From contig NC_058368.1 in assembly GCF_018350175.1 (NCBI RefSeq), forward strand, positions 121,646,001 to 121,710,000: a stretch of 64,000 nucleotides of DNA, read 5' to 3'. The DNA is from Felis catus. Its lineage: Eukaryota. Both the position numbers and the translations under genes were made by a program. Positions 38,766 through 51,269 of this stretch are shown here, piece by piece. Under the pieces are notes generated by a model. It had not been told where the DNA came from and made no database searches. It saw nothing but the letters and a program-made list of their open reading frames with translations. Numbering within the stretch: the first letter of the stretch is position 1; each line of letters opens with the position of its first letter.

Positions 38766-39531
38766 TTTTTAATGGATGTCAAAACTCCAGTGTGTTTTGT
38801 GACCTGGCATCTTTTCATCTGCCTCTTCAGTTTGGCTTCTGTGGCTAAATCCTTCTCTTGAGAATATCTTTTCTTCTAGAAGAGAGATTCACAGGTTTTT
38901 CCTTTTGTAGTGATCAGACTTTCTCTACGTTTTGGCATTTAAACAATATTATACATACCATCATTATCAGCTTTCCAATGAAAAAGTCAGACAGGAGATT
39001 TCTGTTACCTTAATCTGTTTAATAGGATGCTCTTACTCTTTCTAATTTTATTTTTATTATTTTAGTATAGTTGACATATAATGTTACATTAGTTTCAGGT
39101 GCATAACAAAGTGATTTGACAAGTTTATACATTATGCAAAGCTCGCTATGATAAGTATAGTGACCATTATGACTACAGAGGAGACCTTACTCTTTACCTA
39201 TCTACTTTAGCTTGTGTTGGGATAGTTGGTATCATCAGTTTGCTTTTATTCTCTTATCTTTTGTCAGACTATAGACTAAAAATGTAAGCAGCTACACTTT
39301 GCTGTGTACCAGTTTAAACATTCTTTTATGTAGTTCCCTACATTTCAATGTTTCAAGGCTTAGACTATTTTCTTGGTTAGCGGAAAATTTCAACTATTAA
39401 AAAGTAGAGAGGATAGCATCATAAACTATCACTTCCCTATGACCCAGCTTCAACAGTTATCAAGGTACAGTCAGCCCTGTTTCATCTATGACCCTCTCTC
39501 CTGCCTTGTACTTCCCTACGCTTGTTTATTT

Positions 39532-39918
39532 TTTTATTTTTATTTTTTATTAATTTTTTTAAGTTACATCCAAATTAGTTAGCATATAGTGCAACAATGA
39601 CTTCAGGAGTAGATTCCTTAGTGCCCCTTACCCATTTAGCTCATCCCCCCTCCCACAACCCCTCCAGTAACCCTCAGTTTGTTCTCCATATTTGTGAGTC
39701 TGTTCTGTTTTGTCCCCCTCCCTGTTTTTATATTATTTTTGTTTCCCTTCCCTTAGGTTCATCTGTTTTATCTCTAAAAGTCCTCATATGAGTGAAGTCA
39801 TATGATTTTTGTCTTTCTCTGACTGACTAATTTCACTTAGCATAATACCCTCCAGTTCCATCCATGTAGTTGCAAATGGCAAGATTTCATTCTTTTTGAT
39901 TGCCGAGTAATACTCCAT

Positions 39919-39988
<70 letters not shown>

Positions 39989-40226
39989 ACATCTTCTTTA
40001 TCCATTCATCCATCGATGGACATTTGGGCTCTTTCCATTCTTTGGTTATTGTTGATAGTGCTGCTATAAACATGGGGTGCATGTGTCCCTTCAAAACAGC
40101 ACACCTGTATCCCTTGGATAAATGCCTAGTAGTGCAATTGCAGAGTCATAGGGTGAATTCTATTTTTAGTTTTTTGAGGAGCCTCCATACTGTTTTCCAG
40201 AGTGGCTGCACCAGCTTGCATTCCCA
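39532..40226 (-). mobile_element. 5'-truncated carnivore L1 (ORF2 C-terminus plus 3' UTR) with an internal (TG)n(TA)n expansion
   Basis: Minus strand encodes HPMFIAALSTITKEWKEPKCPSMDEWIKKMW and MEYYSAIKKNEILPFATTWMELEGIMLSEISQ; TSD TACGCTTGTTTATTT (39517) / TATGCTTGTTTATTT (40227). Confidence 0.95.
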
Positions 40227-40571
40227 TATGCTTGTTTATTTTGAAGTTAATCCCAGTCATTACGTTATTTAATCTGAAAGTCTTCAGTTGGTATTATAAC
40301 TTTTTTTGGGAGTCAATTAGAAATGATCATCAATTAATCAGTTTGCTCATTGACTGATTTATTGACTGGCACTGAGCTACATTCAAGAGAAATGAACTGA
40401 AAAAACATGAATTCATTCCCTAGTGTCTTGGAATCTAGATTCAATTGGACATTGAAGTTACTCTCTGAGCCAGCTTAGTTACTTCCTTTCTTAGTTACTT
40501 AACTTCCCTTTGTCCCAGTTTCTTGATATGTAAAAGGGGATAGTAATGATACCTTACTTAGACGATTGTTG

Positions 40572-40722
40572 AGCCTGGGTGGCTCAGTCATTTGTGTCTC
40601 CAACTCTTGATTGCAGCTCGGGTCATGATCTCAGTGTTCATGGGATTGAGCCCCTACTGTCAGTGCAGAGCCTACTTGGGATTCTCTCCTTCCCTCTCCC
40701 TCTGCTGCTCCCCGCTCACACA

Positions 40723-40753
<31 letters not shown>

Positions 40754-40800
40754 TCTTTCACTCTCTCTCAACATAAATAAATAAATAAACTTAAAAAAAA
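40572..40800 (+). mobile_element. CanSINE
   Basis: SINE body, (CT)n, A tail, TSD GATTGTTG. Confidence 0.9.
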
Positions 40801-42089
40801 GAAGATTGTTGTGAAGAACAAATGGATAATCTATGGAAATTTGAGCGTGAAAAATTATTATTGATTTTAGTTCATTGAAAGGGAATGAATCTATTGACAA
40901 CCCATGAGTCTATGTTAAACTTAAAGAAAGGAATTCGAAAAACACCCAATTTGTCTCTAGTTGAGTCGGCTATCAAAACACCTTTTTATTTTGAAAGTTC
41001 ACAAATAAAGGGAAAGAATCACACATTTATCTACCTTTTAAAATACACACTGAATTTTTGGGTAAGTAAATAGCTCCTCTTGTTCAGGGAAATCTCCAAT
41101 TTGCAGAATTGTTAGGTAGTAAACATAGACGGTAACATATAATTAGAAACTTGTTATTTTGCCACCCCGAGGAAATATTGATTCAGGGAAAGATAAAACC
41201 ATTAAACCGTTTAAATTAATGGTTGATAGGTAGGATTACCGTTCAACCAATTTTGCCCAAAATAGTCCTGGTTTCTGACCAGAGTCCAGGCGTAACTATT
41301 AATAGTGCAGCTAGTACACTGGTTATGGTGGAAGGATAGAGCTGTCACTGCTGTAACCCAGTGTCACTCTCAGCATCATTAAGGGTGGGATAATCAGATA
41401 TGCCTGTATTTCTGGGTGTGTTATAACTGAAATAAACAGCACTACTTATGAAGTTCTTTTCATAAAAATGTTCAACTTATATCTAACCAAGTCTTCGGAT
41501 CTAAGTTCCAGCTTCCAGAAATACAAGGGTTAGAGGAAACAATCAGAGAGATCCAGAGGGTGGAACTGGCCTGGTATCTTCAGCAAGTCAGTGTCCTGAT
41601 AAAAGGAACTCTTGTAGGTTAAAAGTGACCTAAGCAACATAGCAACCAGATGCATTGCATGGTTCTGAATTGGATCTTGCTTTGGCCAAACCAGCTAAAA
41701 ATGACATCTTAGAGACAGCTGGGGAAATGTGAATATAGACTTGGCATTACCCTTAATTTTGTTAGGTGTGAAAATGTTATATTTGATACATAGAAAACTA
41801 TGTATTTTTTTAAGAGATACATACTGATGTATTTAGTGGTAGAATGTTACGATGTTTATAATTTAAAGTACTTCAGCGTTAAAAACAAAAAAAGTTGACA
41901 GGAAAAGAAATAAGACAATATATGTAAAACATATCATATACACACTGCTCATTGTTACAATATGTAGTAACAAGTGATTGGAATGTTACAGAGACATGAG
42001 TGGTGTTACAGGAAAAGAATCTAAAAGGGGAAATAGCAGGAAGTCAGGTTTTCTCTCTGAACACTGCTTTCTGGAGAAGTAAGGTGCAA

Positions 42090-42605
42090 GTTGAGAGCTA
42101 AAAGATGACCCCTGGCGATGGCATGCAACTCTTGGGTAATCTCCTCCCCTTGAGCGTGAGCTGGACTTACCAATTTGCTTCTAGTGAACAGAATATGGGC
42201 AGCAGTGATGGAATTTCACTGCCAACATTAAGTTACAAAAAATCTGTCGCTTCTGTCTTGGGCATTCTGTCTCTTTCTCTTTTAGATTGCTTATGGTAGG
42301 AGAGGCAAATTGCCATGTTGTCATCAGCCCCATGGAGACATCCAGGGGGTGTCCTCAGTTTTTAAGAACCTGCAAGGAAGTGACACATGCCAACAACCAG
42401 ATGAGAGCACTTAGAAGCAGTTCCTTGAACTTCATGTGAATCTTCCCCCTTGGCTGACAACCTGATTGCCGCCTCACAAGAGACCTCCAGCTAGAGGCTG
42501 AGCTTGGATTCCTGACCCATGGAAACTGTGAAATAAGAAATTTTGTTGCTTTAAGCTGTTAAATTCGGGGGCAACTTGTTGCCCAGATATAGACAACTAG
42601 ACACA
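42090..42605 (+). mobile_element. MaLR (MLT1-type) solo LTR
   Basis: ctcctccccttgagcgtgagctggactt...gattcctgacccatggaaactgtg...gttgctttaagctg...gacaactagaca, typical MLT1 layout. Confidence 0.75.
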
Positions 42606-44404
42606 GATAAGAAAGAAAGCAGGGGTAAGCTACTATTCTTATTTGCTGCTCTGACCCACATGTTGATTTAGTATGATGTTTACTCTTCATAGAGTAATAT
42701 TGTTCTAGTTTCTTGGCTGATAGCTCAATGTCTTCATGTAGACATGTGCAAAAAGCTGAAAATTATCTTGATTTTAACCGTTTAGGTAAAGCATCAGCTA
42801 GCAAAATGCCCCAAAGCAACTCAGTTAACAAATATTACTTATTGAGGCCTGTTCGTTGCTGCCTAGGCCATGGTAAATGGTCACTTATGAAACCTTATGG
42901 CAGCTCTTTTATTTTCCAAATAGAGAAGCTGAAGCTATGGAAAGTCAAGTAATTTGCCCAGGATTATGCTGCCAGTAATTCATAGAGTCAGGACTAGAAT
43001 CCCGATCTCATTTCATCAATCAGCTATCCATATTGCCTCTTAGGTAGCCAGCAGGTGTATCTCCATTACTGAGTTCTCTTCCAATGTTTCAAAGACCATT
43101 ATTTCCCCCAACGAGGAATAATATAGCTGCACAGCCCAGTAGACAACACTGGCCTCTCGGGTGAATGAAGACTCTGCTAGATGTTGGGGATTCAGTGAAG
43201 AAAATAGAGTCCTTTCAAAGTATTTCAGTCTAGAGGGAAGAGGCAGAAATGGTCTGTTAACTATGCTATCTTTCTGGTTTGGGTGGGATTTAGCAGTCCC
43301 CAGTTGGCTTTGGTGTGAGATACATCTGTGCTTGAAACCCTAGTTTCACTTTTTATTGGCTGTGTGAATGTCACTTTGCACAAGCTATGAAATCTCCGTC
43401 AGCCTTCGTTTCTCCACATATAAACTGGTGACAATACGTCTGCCTGTAGGGCTGCTGAGGGGATTAACCATAGTGTATGCAAAGTACCTACGATAGGTTT
43501 AAGATAGGTGTTCAGAAATGCCTGATTCTGCATTGGAACCACGTTTCAAGAGTCACTTCTGCAGGATGACTTCATAGCCAAAACTTAAAGCCCTGATGAT
43601 ATTAACTAGTCTTAAACAAACACTGTCTCTTTACCTCACTTTGACAGACTAAGTTTCAGGCTCTGTAATTCAATTGTTGCCAATTTGGCAACGGTAGTAT
43701 TTGTTGTTCTGTTCTGTGCAGCTATGCACGTTTTCAGTAACCTGAGTTATCATGCTTTGGCCACAGGGAACTGCATTTGGTCTCTTGCAAGATGCACTGA
43801 GCCCCTTTATATTTTCACATTGATTCAATAAAATGGCTCACTGTAGATGCAGCTCAGATGAGATATTTGCTGTATATTTTGTGTAACTGTTGAGTGCAAA
43901 ATATGCAAATTTCAAGCTCATGTTTATGTGAATAAGCTATGGCAATGAAACAATGAAATACTTAAACATAAAATCATATACATATGATACATATATATAG
44001 GTATGCCTGCTCTACGTATCTAAAAAAAAAGATGATAAAATTAGATATAAATATCTTAATGTCTGTCTCTCTATAGATAGATATAAGTAATAAAACTATC
44101 AAATGATAAAACTTTCATTACAACAGCAGAGTGTTTCTTCCATTCATTCAAACTGACAGTTTGTTTTCATCTTTTATACATGCCACTGATTTGCTTTCTA
44201 TAAGGTATCTATTTTGGGATGCTTTATTTCCCCTCAGCACTGGGGAATAGTTTGTCATGAGCCATCTATATCAGTATTATTCTCAGAATAGTTTGGCATG
44301 ATTTGGGGATGTATGCTGCTACTGAAAAAGGGATCTAACTCCCACTCTTAGGCTCCAGTTTGTTTGAATGTCATATAGTTAGTGAAATTTTAAGCATTCT
44401 TTTC

Positions 44405-44440
44405 TTTAAAAAAAACCTTTCTTTTAATGTTTATTTATTT

Positions 44441-44476
<36 letters not shown>

Positions 44477-44633
44477 AAGTGGGGGAGGCGCAAAGATAGG
44501 AGGAGACAGAATCAGCAGGCTCCAGGCTCCAAGCTGTCAGCACAGGGCCCAATGCGGGCCTCAAACTCACAAACGGAGAGATCATGACCTGAGCTGAGGT
44601 TAGACGCTCAACCGACTGAGCCACCCAGGCGCT
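44405..44633 (-). mobile_element. CanSINE
   Basis: SINE body; TSD GCATTCTTTTC. Confidence 0.9.
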
Positions 44634-44721
44634 CTGCATTCTTTTCCTTCACCAGTTGAAGCTGTGTTTAGCTCTTACTACATTAAAAAACATTTTTTTA
44701 ATGTTTATTTTTGAGAGAGAG

Positions 44722-44769
<48 letters not shown>

Positions 44770-45559
44770 GAGAGAGCCCTTATTACGCTCTGCCATTTGC
44801 GAGTTTGTGAAGTTACCTAAGTTCTCTGTGTCTCAGTTTCATGTATAAACTGTAGCCATTCACAGTGCCCACCTCTCAGTGTTTATGAGACTTAAAAGAG
44901 CTAGTACATGGAGAGTACTCAGGACAGTGCCTCGTACATGTGGTTAGGTCTGACTAAAAATTATGTATTATTATTTTAATATTTTGAATTCCTTCATGAT
45001 AGATAGGGCTCATCATCTTTATGCATTTAATACCCTAGAGCCTACAGCTTTATTTAAAAATTTTCCATTTATTTATTTATTTATTTACATTTTCCCTTTA
45101 ATAAAAAGAGCAATAAACAGACTTCCTTCTGGGTACCAAGGTGTGCTGAATTCAGAGAGGCATGAAGGGCAGATGCTTTCTACTGTAAATTGCGCAGAGG
45201 TTTGCCATCTCCCACTTGTCTTAATACGGCAACTTATAACACTCATCAGATGACGATACACTTTAGGAGACACTTTGGTAGTTAGTAATCTTTTATTAAT
45301 AACGTGGCTATCAACGGGTGGTCGCTTAACACGCGATTCTGAAAAGCTGGGAAATAGCTGATTTCCACAGCAACTCTGTGATTGGCTTAGGTCCAATTCA
45401 GGTCGATTTTTGATTGGCTCTCGCAATGGAAAGGGTCTCTGCCTGAGCCACTATTACCCATAAGCGGCCAACATGGCTCCACAATTGGCTTTCCTGGAAG
45501 CCGGCAGACACGTGGCTACCGCAGGCCCGGCAGTACGTGGGAGGACCTAATTTTGCTTA

Positions 45560-45573
45560 CCGCCAGAGGGCGC
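45560..45573 (+). promoter_or_regulatory. CTCF motif CCGCCAGAGGGCGC
   Basis: Close match to the CTCF core consensus CCASYAGRKGGCRS, inside the CpG-island promoter. Confidence 0.7.
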
Positions 45574-45837
45574 CGGCGGCTTCTCGTTGCTCTAGTCTCA
45601 TTTCCCATAAAGCCTCCGAGTAACCAATCACCTGGCTGTCTGGATACCGCTTTCAAAGTCGGCGGGCCATTTCGCCAATCGCAAGGCAGATACCTTCCTC
45701 AGCCTGAAGATTGATGGAAAGCTTCACCAATAATTTCATTGATCTCTGCGATCTCCCCCGCCCTCGCACGGGATTGACGATCCGACCGGCCAATCGGGGA
45801 CGCTCAGTCGGCGGGTGGATGAACGCGGCCCTCTGTA

Positions 45838-45896
45838 ATGGCGGAGCGTGGCGGGGACGGGGGGGACGGTGAGCGATTCAACCCGGGGGAGCTCAG
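45838..45896 (+). CDS. TCERG1: TCERG1 coding exon 1 (MAERGGDGGDGERFNPGEL-R)
   Basis: ATG at 45838 in a CpG island; translation matches the TCERG1/CA150 N-terminus; donor AG|GTAAGG; phase 2 joins exon 2 to give ...GELRMAQQQ. Confidence 0.96.
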
Positions 45897-48800
45897 GTAA
45901 GGGGCGCTGTCCTCCCTTACATTTCAGCATAGTGGGGCCCCAGGGGCTAGGCCTGCCGCGCGGAGATCCGCGGTCGGGGGGTGGGCGGAGGAGGCGCAGC
46001 GGCTCGGGGCCAGGACCGCATGGGGTTGGCGAAGGGGGAAGGGGAAGGTGGCTTGAATGAGAGAGCCGAGCCGGGCCTGGGCCGCGGCCTCCTGTGCCCT
46101 CTCCGGGCGCGCCCTGCGGTTTTCCCTGGGCCCCAGCGCCCCTCGCGGCCTGCGGCCTGCGGGCCGGGTCCGGCTTCCCGCCTTGGGGCCCCGCCTCAGC
46201 CTCGTGCCGCCTCCGCCTCGGCCCACCTCAACCTTCCTCCCGGCTCAGCTCCGCTGAGGGCCGGGCTTTCCCCCATCGACTCCTTCCACTCGCACTTAAC
46301 TCCTCGGGATCCCTCGCCACTTCTGGCTCAGCCTTCCCCACGCCCTCCGCGGCCCTCGGGGGTCCCCACGTCTGTCCTGTTCCTTCTTCGCCTCATCGCT
46401 TCTTTTTCTGAACTTCCTGTGTGTTTTCTTCCTTTCTCTCTCATCCGTTTATGCCTCATGCCGCATTTGTGAATAACAGCAATAGCGACAGCCGTTTGGT
46501 ACGTGTTTCTGTGTGCCTTTGGGGTAGTTGGCTATTGTCATTTTTGCAGGCCACAGACCAGAGCCCTCTTCAGTTAAGTTACTGGCCCATCGTACAGGTG
46601 AGGAAACTGAACCTCGTAGGGGTCGAGGAAGTAGGACAAGGTCGCATTGATGGAATTGTGGCTCCAGGAAGTGGCTTGAACCCAGGCAGTCAGGCTCCAG
46701 AGCCAGCAGTCTGGATCGCTGTTCCATTCTCGTGCTTACGCCATTGCCCTAAAGAGTGCAGTGACCTTTCTTCCGTTGGTATCTTAGTGCCTATGGGATT
46801 TGTAATTAAGATCTGGTGCAGTAAAAGTGTCTTGATAAAGTAAAATTCTTTAGTTTTAGTGGTTTTTGAGGAAAAGAGATCCTGAGCTTTATGTATGTTT
46901 GGTACTTTTTTTTTTTTTTCTGGATAAGGGAAAATGTCATTTCAGATGTTCAGCTCTCATTCTGAATTGTGCCATTGTCAGCATTTGAAAATGAAAAAGA
47001 GCAGTGTAGGTTATGAGGACTCTTTAGTATTGTCTGGAGCTCAAGATGAAATTGTAGAAAGAAATGGGTATTGTTACTCAAGTGTTGAGGAAAAAATTGT
47101 CTTCTCAATTCTGAATTGTCACACAGAGAAATCCTTACTTGACAGGAGTAAAATCTTGTTTTCTTTCAGGGGCGAATTTCATGTCCTTTAAACCCCATAT
47201 GTACGTTAGTAATGAGTGATCAAAGTGCATTGTCAGGGTGGTTCAGTATTAGTGATGGAAAGTTTATTACTGATTGTGATCCCAAGGGAACAGTTACTTA
47301 CCTCGTTATTGGGAACATTACTTTGCATTTTAGTACTTTACAGAGTAGCCTTTTAGACTTTGTTATTAGTAGTCTAGACATTGTTGTAAAAGTGATTGGA
47401 ATAGGGTTGTAAATTAGGTGTTCTCTTGCAAATATTTTAGATCTTAGCCTCCTGGGTTGGAAATTGTTTCCAGAGCATATTGTAAAAACTTTTACTTATA
47501 TAAAATAACTGACTATAGCATTTCTCATGGTGTAAGAGAAATTACCTGTTTATGTGGCTTCTTTGATGGTACAAATTGAGGCTTATTTTTGTATTTGTAT
47601 TCTTAATGTGTATCATGTTGTGTCTGCCATAGTGCCTGGCAAGGGAGGTGTTGGATGGATATATGGTAAATAAAAGAATATAGGAGATTACAGATGGTTT
47701 ACTTATGGACCTACATTTAGTGTGTGCTTTGTGACAGTCACTGACCTAGGTACCTGCTGGCAGGGGAGCCTTGAACCAGACCAAAAACTTTTGTCCTCAA
47801 GGAGCTTCCATGCTAATTAAGATTGATCTAAATTTCTAAACTGGACTAACCTCATATCAAATGAGATCAACCTCCCAAGTGTGAAGAGACTTATTCAAGG
47901 TCACTGAGTAATTGGTAGGGTCTAGGTCTCCTCACAGTCTTACCACATAATTTGACTCCCATATATCATGATGTAGCATCTCTCTATTTTTGTCCTTCCT
48001 ATTAAAGTATTTGCAGCATTGTCTTTACCACTGGGGAGATTGTATATCCTAGGGAGAGACATTTGTTCTTGTAAAAAAAAAAAAAAAAAAAAAAAAAGTC
48101 TTCTATTCTTGTAAGGAGCTTTCTGTTTTCCAAAAAGGTTAGAAGTGGCAGGGATGCAAATAACCTACAGTAGACAAAATTTATTTAGAGGTCCAAATGC
48201 CACCCGTCCCTTAATGGTTGAAGACCATTAACAACGCTTTTGTAGAGTCGTATTTGTCTAGATCTTTTATCCAAGGCCTTTGTTTACCTGTTAATACTTT
48301 GTCTGATGACAAGGTACTTGGGAGTCTCAATTTCCTCAACTGTAAAATGGGAATAAGAATACACTGGTGCTACCACTAGCCAGCTGCCTTAAACAAGGTA
48401 TTTTTCTGTGCCATAGTTTCCTTTGTAAAAATGGTGCCAAACTTACCTAACTAGTAAGTTTATGAGGATTGTGAGGACTACAAGAATTAGTACAAACACC
48501 GTCCGTGTAACCGTGCTTGGTATATAGGAAGTACCCAGTTTACATGACCATTGCAAGAGTAATGCTTGAACAGTTACCGTCCTGGGCCCTGGGATGCAGC
48601 AGTATGCCAAAGAGGATCTTATATACTAGCGGGTGGAGAGAACCCAGAAGTAAACAAGTGAAAGATTTCTTAGTAACATGTATCATAATTGAAAACGCAA
48701 ATTGGGTTACGAGCCAGAGAGGGACTGGGTTTGGGGTGAGAAAAGAGTTTGAGGTAACATCTGAAGTGAGGCCGAATGAGAAGGAGCCAGTTAGGTAGAC

Positions 48801-50174
48801 ATCTGGGCTAAAGCATGCCAGGCCGAGGGAACAAGTGCACAGGCTTCAAGGTAATGAACTTTTATTTAAAGTATTTGATCAAAAAATAGGTCGGTAGAGG
48901 TCAGGTTATATAGATTCTAATAATAGTAATTATAGTAATGTAGCTAACACTACAGTATAGCTAGCTTTCTCACATTAATACCATTTAACACTTACTACTG
49001 TTACACTAATGTTATGGCCACAGTAATAATAGCTCCTGCTTACAGGGGGCTTAAGTGTTAGGTGCTCTTCCAAGTACTTTATTAGTTCATTTACTCCAAC
49101 TTGAAGTTTCTGGTGAGGTTGTTGGGATGCAACTGCGTGTACAGAGAGCTCAACACATGTGCTATACATATCTGACATCAGAAGGTGGCACCTTTAGGCT
49201 GTTGATGGAGGAAATTCTGTGAATTTTGTCACCATTTTTAGTGGCAGACTTGAAAGTTAAGCTGTCTAGTCAAATGGACATTGCTTTTTGAAGTTGAGCA
49301 CTGTGCGAGGTAATGATAATTTACTGGGTAGCATATGCTATCCTAAATGCTTCACAGGGATTATCTCACTGAACAGTGAGATAGGAGATAGCTCTTATTT
49401 CTCTGCCCCTGCTAATTTACATTAGTATACTAATACTGAGTATACTCAGGCTCAGAAATTATGTAACTAGCCTAACAACAAAAGGCAGAGTCCTGATTTG
49501 ACTTTTTTGTGATTCAAAAGCCTCACCGCTTAACTTCAGCCTGTAACTAGGAAGTGAAAATCTAAAGAAAGAATTACTGTAAATTTTTCTGAAAAGGGAG
49601 AGGCAGATTCAAAGGAAATCAGAAGATTAAGGTACATTATTAACTTGAGACTGAAACACAGTATCTTTCCTTGGTGGTTCACTTTTTTTCTGCCCGGGGG
49701 TTAAGACTTTCCTGTCTGTCTTTAGGGAGTGTGTATAATATGAAGACTGATTATTTTGATCCCATCCTTACTTCTTTTTGCTGTCACCATTATTACCTCA
49801 TACTTTGCAATCCCGAGTGCAGGATAATTTGCAAATTTGGTTAAATACTCTTGGAATAGTAGCTCTTGGATGTGTTTACAATCCTAGTGTTCTCATGGAA
49901 GTCATACTGGTTCTTAGGATTTTTTTGTGACAGAATTGAACTACAGTGTGGAAAATTTAGAGAAAGTTCAAAGGATGATCTTAAGCAGAGGGTTGAAGGA
50001 TGTAGGAAAGTTGGAAGAGCCTGGTGAGAAGAGAGTATGAAAATGATTATTTTCAGATATGCATAAGGAATGTAACTATTAATCTCATGGGCACAAAAAT
50101 GTAAATTTCATATATAAAGAGAGTTATAGTAGCTTTTGAGAAGAATAAGGAAATTATGTTAAAAATAATTTTTA

Positions 50175-50395
50175 GGGGCGCGCCTGGGTGGCGCAGTCGG
50201 TTAAGCGTCCGACTTCAGCCAGGTCACGATCTCGCGGTCCGTGAGTTTGAGTCCCGCGTCAGGCTCTGGGCTGATGGCTCAGAGCCTGGAGCCTGTTTCC
50301 GATTCTGTGTCTCCCTCTCTCTCTGCCCCTCCCCCATTCATGCTCTGTCTCTCTCTGTCCCAAAAATAAATAAACGTTGAAAAAAAATAATAATA
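50175..50395 (+). mobile_element. Young felid SINEC_Fc in TCERG1 intron 1
   Basis: CpG-rich body, TSD AATAATTTTTA. Confidence 0.94.
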
Positions 50396-50680
50396 ATAAT
50401 TTTTATAATGTACCTACTTGTAAGGTAACTTAGGTACAATAGTGCCTAAATATTGGCTTATTCAACGAATATTGAGACCTACTATGTGCTGGGAATATAC
50501 AGGAGAGCAAGACAGAATTCCTGCTCTAGAGAGGCTTACATAAACAGCATGGTGTAGTGTTTAAGAACTGTTTGCCTGTGTTCAAATCCTGGTTTTACTG
50601 CTGAACCAGCTGTGAAGTCTTGGGCAAGTGATACTTCTCTGTGCCTTAGTGTCCTCATCTTTAAAATGAAGTTGATAATG

Positions 50681-51012
50681 CAGTTGACCCTTGAACAATG
50701 TGGAGGTTAGGGATGCTGTCCCACCCCCCACAATTTGAGAATTGAAATATAGCTTTTGACTTCCCCAAGACTTAACTATTAATAGCTTACTCTTGTCTGG
50801 GACCCCTTACCCATAACATAAGCAGTTGATTAACATGTATTTTGTATGTTAAATGTATTATATACTGTATTCTTACAGTAAAATAAGCTAGAGAAAAAAT
50901 GTTAAATCACAAGGAAGAGAACATAATTTAGTACTGTACTGAATTTATTGAAAAAAATTTGCCTGTAAGTGGGCCCGTGCAGCTCAAACCTCTTTTGTTC
51001 AAGGGTCACCTG
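50681..51012 (+). mobile_element. Tigger2-family (TcMar) non-autonomous element inserted in a MIR
   Basis: TIRs CAGTTGACCCTTGAACAA / TTGTTCAAGGGTCACCTG; TA at the right flank. Confidence 0.85.
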
Positions 51013-51048
51013 TAGCATCCATCTCATGGCGTTAAGATGGTTAAATGA

Positions 51049-51269
51049 GGGGCACCTGGGTGGCTCAGTTGGTTAAGCGTCCGACTTTGGCTCAGGTCAT
51101 GATCTCGTGGTCCGTGAGTTCGAGCCCTGCGTCGGGCTCTGTGCTGACAGCTCAGAGCCTGGAGCCTGTTTCAGATTCTGTGTCTCCCTCTCTCTGACCC
51201 TCCCCCGTTCATGCTCTGTGTCTCTCTCTGTCTCAAAAATCAATAAACGTTAAAAAAATTTAAAAAAAA
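51049..51269 (+). mobile_element. CanSINE (SINEC_Fc-like), intron 1
   Basis: 15-bp TSD AAGATGGTTAAATGA (51034 / 51270). Confidence 0.95.

Larger units (their letters stand above)
45370..46420 (+). promoter_or_regulatory. TCERG1 CpG-island promoter and first exon/intron 5' region
   Basis: High GC and CpG density; 8 CCAAT/ATTGG boxes, E-box CACGTG (45509), YY1-like CAACATGGC (45469) and GCCATTT (45666), ZNF143-like TTCCCATAAAGCC (45602), Inr-like TCAGTC (45804). Confidence 0.9.

Noticed and set aside
39784..40272. ORFs with IYIYIY/HTHTHT runs
   Set aside because: L1 ORF2 remnant plus microsatellite translation
45924..46472. GC-rich ORFs of 100-163 aa on both strands in TCERG1 intron 1
   Set aside because: Expected stop-codon scarcity in a CpG island; low-complexity G/A/R/P peptides, mostly non-ATG starts
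48066..48114. A25 tract flanked by TTCTTGTAA repeats in intron 1
   Set aside because: No element body; likely simple slippage or duplication, and relevant mainly as an oligo-dT internal priming artefact
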